64,000 nucleotides of DNA. Origin: Elusimicrobiota bacterium. GTDB taxonomy: Bacteria > Elusimicrobiota > Elusimicrobia > UBA1565 > UBA9628. The translations under genes and the position numbers were made by a program. The notes beneath the pieces were generated by a model. That model was not told the origin of the DNA, did no database searches, and saw nothing but the letters and a program-made list of their open reading frames with translations. This document shows, piece after piece, positions 60,001 to 64,000 of the stretch. Position 1 is the first letter of the stretch, and every line of letters starts with the position of its first letter. The stretch lies in assembly GCA_016212795.1 (NCBI GenBank), contig JACRDT010000015.1, positions 132,770 to 196,769 on the forward strand. Direction: 5' to 3'.

Positions 60001-61866
60001 GATGAGCCGCTTGTTCGACGGCAGGTTGAGCGCCTGCCAATCCCGCTCGCTGATGCCCATGTCAAGCGCCGCCGCAGGCGGCGCTTCTCTTCCCAGGAGC
60101 CTCCTGACGGCGGCCCATGCGCGCTCGGTCCAGGGCCTTGGCTTGGCCTGTTTCCTCGCGACGGGAAAGGCGAAATCCCCGATGTGCAGGAAGCCGCCCT
60201 GCACGAACATCGGGTTGGCCTGGGACCACAGCCTGACCTCGGCGGCCCGGGAGCCCAGGAATTCCCTGGCCTCGCCGAGTTGCAGCTGGAAGACCTTGCG
60301 CCCCGCGGCGACGGCGACCGTCTGGTCGCCGGCCGACATCATGAGGCTGACCGCCCCGCCCTGGGCCGCGGCCTCGGCGAGGCCCGGCACCTTGAACGTG
60401 CGATAGCGCCCGCCGGCCGCGTCGAGCTCGACGACGCCCTCGGGGGCGACGGCGAAGAACGTCCCGCGCACGGCGCCGCGCACCACCGACTTGACGTCCA
60501 GAGGCAACGCCGCCACCTCTTCGAAGACCGGGTCGTCGGAGGCGTACGACCGGGCGTAGATCCTCGTGCCGTCGGCCGTCTTCTGAAGGTAGAGCCCTTC
60601 CGAGACCCGCTCCACGCCGGCGATCAGGTTGCCGTGCAGGTCGACGATGTCCTCCTTCTGCGTCAGCCGGATCAGGCGGTCGTTGATCCAGTAGAGCCTG
60701 GAGCCGGCCGTCTGGACGGCCACCCCTTTCTCGGACTTGTACTCGACGGCGGCCAGGGACCGGGCGGCCTCGAGGCCCAACGAGGGGCCTTCGACCTGGA
60801 GCGTCTCGGCGGCGGGCTTGAAGGAGAACAAGTCCCACTTCTGCAGCTTCCCGCCGGCCAGCACGTAGAGCTTCCCGCCGTCGGAGTCCGCGGCCATCAG
60901 GGACACCGGGCCGGGCGTCTCGACCTTGAAGGTCCGGCCCTTGGCGATGTCGTGGTAGCGGACCGTCCCCTGTTCGTCGAGCCACACGACGGCCTCGTTG
61001 TCGTTGCGCTTGAGCGACACGGCGCTCTTGATGCCGGCGGGCACGGTCCATGACCGGCCCGTGAGCCTGGCCTGCAGGTCGGCGGAAAGCCGCGCCTCGA
61101 TGAACGCCGCATCCGCCGCCACCACGGTCAGGTCCGAGCTCTGCTTGGAGATCGGGGCATCCTCGCCGAGCTCCTTGACCTCCGTTTCCAAGGCGCGCAC
61201 CCTGAGCTTCCTGCCCTGCGAAGCGCCGGCGGACCTCCACTGCGGATCGACCTCCGGCAAGGCCGCCTCGGCGGGCTTGCCTAGGTAGGACTCCTTCGGG
61301 GTCAGGTCGTACTCGCCGGCGACCTCGGATTGGCCGCCGACAGCCGGGAGCTTGGCTCCGTCGAAGACCTGGCCCAGCACCTGCGGCGCGAGCCGCACGT
61401 CGGCGCCTTCCCCTTGGGGCAGACCCTGAGCGGCTTCCTTAATATCAGTGAACGCCGCGCCGGGGGACCCCAGACGACCTTCGGGCGCCACCCCCGGCAC
61501 GGCCGGGAGCTGCATCACGGAATCCCCGCCCGCGAAGCTCGCCCGCAGTACGGCCGGCTGGCCCGGGGCCGCCGGCGCGAGCGCCAGGGGCGGGGCAACG
61601 ACGCCGCCCACCGGGGCGCCTTGGAACGCTGGCGCCTGAAAGCCGGGCAGCGAGGGCGCCGCCAGGACGCCGGCCGACAGGCCGGGCACCGCGGCGCCGA
61701 TGCCGGGGTTGGTCAAGCTGTTGAGTCCGGCGGCGACCGGCTGGGTCACGGGGGTCGCGTTGACGACCCTCGTGGCCGTGAGGTTCGCGGCCGGGGCGAC
61801 GGCAGGGACAATCAGGAAGGCGATCGCCAGGGGAATGGCGATCCGCCAGTGGGATTGGGGATCCAT
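57052..61866 (-). CDS. giant multidomain protein: signal peptide/TM, ~600-aa beta-rich region, MoxR/AAA_5-like ATPase, HExxH region, Lys/Glu/Gln-rich coiled coil, C-terminal VWA (MIDAS)
   Basis: Walker A GETGGGKT (~59929..59952). Walker B ILVLDEMH (~59736..59762). AHESWHLLH (~58681..58707). MIDAS LLIDTSGSMD (~57551..57580). First ATG is 61866; the ORF-track start 61899 is a TTG. Confidence 0.8.
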   Translation of the reverse strand: MDPQSHWRIAIPLAIAFLIVPAVAPAANLTATRVVNATPVTQPVAAGLNSLTNPGIGAAVPGLSAGVLAAPSLPGFQAPAFQGAPVGGVVAPPLALAPAAPGQPAVLRASFAGGDSVMQLPAVPGVAPEGRLGSPGAAFTDIKEAAQGLPQGEGADVRLAPQVLGQVFDGAKLPAVGGQSEVAGEYDLTPKESYLGKPAEAALPEVDPQWRSAGASQGRKLRVRALETEVKELGEDAPISKQSSDLTVVAADAAFIEARLSADLQARLTGRSWTVPAGIKSAVSLKRNDNEAVVWLDEQGTVRYHDIAKGRTFKVETPGPVSLMAADSDGGKLYVLAGGKLQKWDLFSFKPAAETLQVEGPSLGLEAARSLAAVEYKSEKGVAVQTAGSRLYWINDRLIRLTQKEDIVDLHGNLIAGVERVSEGLYLQKTADGTRIYARSYASDDPVFEEVAALPLDVKSVVRGAVRGTFFAVAPEGVVELDAAGGRYRTFKVPGLAEAAAQGGAVSLMMSAGDQTVAVAAGRKVFQLQLGEAREFLGSRAAEVRLWSQANPMFVQGGFLHIGDFAFPVARKQAKPRPWTERAWAAVRRLLGREAPPAAALDMGISERDWQALNLPSNKRLIYDTLKGFSLQQHVLYIGETGGGKTWIASMLAQLTGNELWMVSMNEYTRNKDLIARETFGEEGKNKTGLTPSTVLRWMQEGGILVLDEMHKPLEGIAVLNNILQNGEYRLADGRVIKYDRTKSWVIGTMNPVKPPYKGEPPSGELSSRFGMTLDVKYLPPEEEEALLAIFFGKVSRDIIHRLVSIANDLRRMYPEILPLPIAPRTLMHIVQHVQQFPQDSVADIFTKTYNPSSIVEDPAIGEAISKVLTANGLGKAPAAARQAAAEGEDVKKKSLEPAVEEALEKPAPRPKAADAGTQDPKPADPPPSPPGEHWKSRVHDHDWDGEFLGVHGRWNRFGRHLPPMPFTSPKGQPAGGAADQGQEAWAKVLENVARLLAQYPPIRLVPFYYLEKHGERSDETPRTWRVVSGLSEIHYLPEDLADPDRNVSLGRTAHESWHLLHSRPELIFDHPDLADNMSFQALWWAVEDPRVNNLGLGAHPGAQPWVDAAYAKDYEIRDLGLERNQWQSIPLHLQFNYALIYEWWTGKPDPRVVDERVRDALRRADGALQRAFKAADARRAFDIVLYEIWPIYQELLDEATKSEMEQRAKQQQKRQQGQGQGQGRSSDDNLSDSERKELERQAKEKLEKASKEYRDKHASKVVDDPEKMSKDAREKAKREMEELRKKMEQARQKGQEGKEGQQESGEPQDGKQGQGGSGQASKKSSADKPQTPEQAAKQKSRLNKADQEKEDLSLEDRRQYQEFLSRVRGLVPTMRRELMHALKQKLRQRTIHNRDTGDLDEDALPSIPRGERDVFKEEMSPNKVLYRVSLLIDTSGSMDREKKERAVEGAVMMMEALEKVPGVVFEIVKYDSDPKVIKPYGTKLSPELKSKIVSMIMSGSGSTEAHVALKEAIERIRLGRGDKLVIMVNDGDPDYNFDRDQYRELIKGARDVEIHGIGLGPGAQLVLDLFPAGQGWWLKDAAEFAKSLRNILKKKIAKGARIS
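61456..61533 (+). repeat. GC-rich hairpin element copy D (core 61456..61505), antisense to the giant gene
   Basis: CGCGCCGGGGGACCCCAGACGACCTTCGGGCGCCACCCCCGGCACGGCCG. The host reads it as LPAVPGVAPEGRLGSPGAAF. Confidence 0.85.
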
Positions 61867-61872
61867 GCCGAC

Positions 61873-61899
61873 ATCATACGAACATCCGGCGTCTTCCAA
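61873..61899 (-). promoter_or_regulatory. TTGGAA-N15-TATGAT promoter-like motif, -10 box 6 nt from ATG 61866
   Basis: Minus strand reads TTGGAAgacgccggatgttcgTATGATgtcggcATG. Confidence 0.4.
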
Positions 61900-61960
61900 T
61901 AGAATCCATGGACCCAGAGCGGCAGCGCTATTCGGCCCAGGAGATTGTGGGACTATGGGG

Positions 61961-62371
61961 TCAGGAAGGGTCCGGGCCCAAGTGCTTCAGCAAGTCGACG
62001 ACCTTGTCCAGGTGCTCGCGGTCCTCGGCGAGGATGCCCTTCAGGACCAGCCTGTCGCGCGGCTTGAGGGGCGACCGCAGGATCGCCTCGTAGAGCCGGA
62101 TCGACCTCAACTCCCTCTCGAGGTGGGCCCTCAGCGCGTCGCGCAAGGTGCGCGAGCGCGGCGGGGGCTCGCGCTTCGTCTTGGCCATGTCCTCCATGCT
62201 CAGCATGCCGAGCAGGACTTCCATGTGGCTGCGCTCCTCGGCCGCGAACCCGGCGAGCACGGGCGCGACGGCCTCGCCGGCCACCTTCTCACGGCGGAAC
62301 AGCTCGGCCTCGCGCTTGTAGAGCTCCGCGTCGGCGATCTCCTCGGCGGCCGCCTGGATCATGGCTTCCAT
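61961..62371 (-). CDS. ferritin-like/rubrerythrin-like four-helix protein
   Basis: Two E-x-x-H containing helices (AAEERSHMEVL, LAEDREHLDKV). Confidence 0.45.
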   Translation of the reverse strand: MEAMIQAAAEEIADAELYKREAELFRREKVAGEAVAPVLAGFAAEERSHMEVLLGMLSMEDMAKTKREPPPRSRTLRDALRAHLERELRSIRLYEAILRSPLKPRDRLVLKGILAEDREHLDKVVDLLKHLGPDPS

Positions 62372-62377
62372 TGCGGC

Positions 62378-62386
62378 ATCCTACCA
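62378..62386 (-). promoter_or_regulatory. extended -10 TGGTAGGAT, 6 nt upstream of ATG 62371
   Basis: Minus strand reads tTGGTAGGATgccgcaATG. Confidence 0.45.
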
Positions 62387-62455
62387 AATTCCCCGGGCCT
62401 CCGCCTGTGCCGTGATGCATGCCGTGATGCGGCATGCGCCGGCGGCGGACGCAAG

Positions 62456-62464
62456 TGGTACAAT
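62456..62464 (+). promoter_or_regulatory. extended -10 TGGTACAAT for the HD-domain gene (leadered; GAGGAGG SD 62488..62494)
   Basis: Read directly. Confidence 0.45.
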
Positions 62465-62502
62465 AGGGGGCCGCCGCCCGCGGCCATGAGGAGGCCTGGA
62501 CC

Positions 62503-63075
62503 ATGAACACCCCTTCGACGACGACCCGGGAAGACGCGCTGAAGCTCCTGCGCCAGCACGTCAAGAGCGAGCCCATGATCCGGCACTGCCTGGCCTCCGA
62601 GGCCGTGCTGCGCGCCCTGGCCAGGCGCTTGGGCGAGGACGAGGAGAAGTGGGCCTTGGCCGGGCTGCTCCACGACGTGGACGTCGAGCTGACCAACGCC
62701 GACCCGGCCGTCCACGGCGCCAAGGCGGGCGAGCTCCTGCGGCCCTCCGGCGTGCCAGAGGACGTCATCGAGGCCATCCGCATGCACAACGAGCGCTCGG
62801 CGGGGGCCAAGCGCTCCGACCGGTTCCACAAGGCGCTCGCCGCGGGCGAGACCATCACGGGCCTGGTCATGGCCACCACGCTGGTCTACCCGGACAAGAA
62901 GCTCGCGAGCGTCAAGCCCTCCTCCGTGGTCAAGCGCATGAAGGAGAAGCTCTTCGCGGCCAAGGTCGACCGGGACGTCATCCGGGAATGCGAGGCCATC
63001 GGCATCCCCCTGGCCGACTTCGCGCAGCTCGCGGTCGACGCGATGCGGCCCATCGCGGCCGAGCTGGGCCTCTGA
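62503..63075 (+). CDS. HD/HDIG-domain phosphohydrolase (COG2316-like)
   Basis: MIRHCLASEAVLRALA...LAGLLHDVD (H...HD motif). Confidence 0.7.
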   Translation: MNTPSTTTREDALKLLRQHVKSEPMIRHCLASEAVLRALARRLGEDEEKWALAGLLHDVDVELTNADPAVHGAKAGELLRPSGVPEDVIEAIRMHNERSAGAKRSDRFHKALAAGETITGLVMATTLVYPDKKLASVKPSSVVKRMKEKLFAAKVDRDVIRECEAIGIPLADFAQLAVDAMRPIAAELGL

Positions 63076-64000
63076 TGGCCTGGACCAAGGACTCCTTGGG
63101 CGACCTCGCCCGCTCCTTCATGGGGCCCTGCGTCCTCGCCGCGGCCGCGGAGCTCGACGTCTTCTCCGCGCTCAAGCGGCCGCGGGCCTCGGCGGAACTC
63201 GCCCGCGCGCTCAAGTGCGACGAGCGCGGGCTGCGGACGCTCCTGGACGCCCTGGCCAGCCTCGGGCTCCTGCTCAAGTCCGGCGGCCGCTACCGCTGCG
63301 CCGCGGGCGTCGGGCAAGCCATGGCGCGGGACGCCTCCCTGAGCCTCCTGCCCGGGGCGCGCCACCTGGCCAACTGCCTGCGGCGCTGGGCCGACCTGGC
63401 CCGGGTGGTCAAGGCAGGCGGGCGCCTGCCCGTCCGTCCGAGCATCCTGGGCGAGGCCGGCGACAGGGCGTCCTTCATCGGCGCCATGCACAGCTTCTCG
63501 GCGCCCGTCTCCGAGGCCGTCGTGAAGACGGCGCGGCCCGGGGCGTTCCGCTGCCTCCTCGATATCGGAGGTGGCTCGGGCACCTGGACCATGACCTTCC
63601 TGCGCCGCCGGCCACGGGCCCGCGCCGTCATCTTCGACCTCCCCCCGGTCATCCCCATGGCGGCCCGGCGGCTGGCCCGGGAAGGCTTCGCCGGACGGGT
63701 GCGCCTCGTGGCGGGCGACTACCTCAGGGACCCGCTCCCGACGGGCGCGGACCTCGCCTGGCTGAGCGCCATCATCCACCAGAACTCCAGGGAGCAGAAC
63801 CGGCGGCTCTTCGCCAGGGTCCACCGCTGCCTCGAACCCGGCGGGCGCCTCCTCATCCGCGACGTCGTGATGGACGAGTCCCGCACGGCGCCCGCGGCGG
63901 GGGCGCTCTTCGCGGTCAACATGCTCGTGGCCACCGACCGGGGCGGCACCTTCACCCTGCGCGAGACCCGTTCGGACCTCGAGGCCGCGGGCTTCCAGGG
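63075..64000 (+). CDS. O-methyltransferase family 2 (dimerisation domain + SAM-MT), 3'-truncated by window end
   Basis: Own translation from the ATG sharing its A with the upstream TGA: MAWTKDSLGDLARSFMGPCVLAAAAELDVFSAL...LLDIGGGSGTW...VAGDYLRDPLP. Not in the ORF track (no stop in the window). Confidence 0.7.
   Translation, partial: MAWTKDSLGDLARSFMGPCVLAAAAELDVFSALKRPRASAELARALKCDERGLRTLLDALASLGLLLKSGGRYRCAAGVGQAMARDASLSLLPGARHLANCLRRWADLARVVKAGGRLPVRPSILGEAGDRASFIGAMHSFSAPVSEAVVKTARPGAFRCLLDIGGGSGTWTMTFLRRRPRARAVIFDLPPVIPMAARRLAREGFAGRVRLVAGDYLRDPLPTGADLAWLSAIIHQNSREQNRRLFARVHRCLEPGGRLLIRDVVMDESRTAPAAGALFAVNMLVATDRGGTFTLRETRSDLEAAGFQ

Noticed and set aside
57199-61053. 1284-aa plus-strand ORF
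   Set aside because: Antisense to the giant AAA-VWA gene, whose Walker, HExxH and MIDAS motifs are all on the minus strand.
1-64000. tRNA, rRNA, tmRNA, riboswitch or CRISPR loci
   Set aside because: I found no cloverleaf-like or rRNA-like segment on visual scanning. The few AT-rich intergenic stretches are explained by promoters or palindromes. A covariance-model scan (tRNAscan-SE, Infernal) would be needed to exclude small ncRNAs.

Overview
Very GC-rich bacterial chromosomal segment (composition judged by eye, not computed). It holds about 50 protein-coding genes on both strands. I recognised no rRNA, tRNA or CRISPR array. Because of the GC bias, most long ORFs in the six-frame track are antisense shadows. 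I chose genes by recognisable motifs, signal peptides, start-site context and stop/start coupling. All product calls come from motif memory; no database search was possible. Content from left to right: (1) a TldD fragment; (2) a sugar/mannan-type cluster with two clan GH-A-like hydrolases, a PMI-like cupin and a ROK kinase; (3) a GYF/zinc-ribbon membrane protein; (4) a HemN-like radical SAM fusion; (5) two Ser/Thr-kinase plus FGE-sulfatase-domain loci, one kinase being a predicted pseudokinase; (6) a radical SAM + ATP-grasp + MFS operon; (7) a CxxCH sensor kinase; (8) an M3 peptidase; (9) a lower-GC islet with a DUF4143 ATPase and a RelE/AbrB-type TA cassette bracketed by 35-bp direct repeats; (10) HEAT and ankyrin repeat proteins; (11) a TetR-headed operon encoding a LuxC-like reductase fused to a PaaK-like adenylating enzyme, an MFS pump, two paralogous double-GNAT-like proteins and a B12 radical SAM; (12) converging on it, a methyltransferase/GT2/B12-radical-SAM operon next to two tandem GT-C-like membrane proteins; (13) SixA, RsmD, GGDEF, REC-MBL and PfkB genes; (14) a ~1600-aa AAA(MoxR-like)-HExxH-coiled-coil-VWA protein. 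The most unusual DNA-level signals are three. First, a 50-75-bp GC-rich hairpin element occurs five times, always inside coding sequence and always in frame, in genes of both orientations. Second, a covarying hairpin/MITE-like element sits at two operon junctions. Third, a -10 box recurs 6-10 nt from the ATG, implying many leaderless transcripts.
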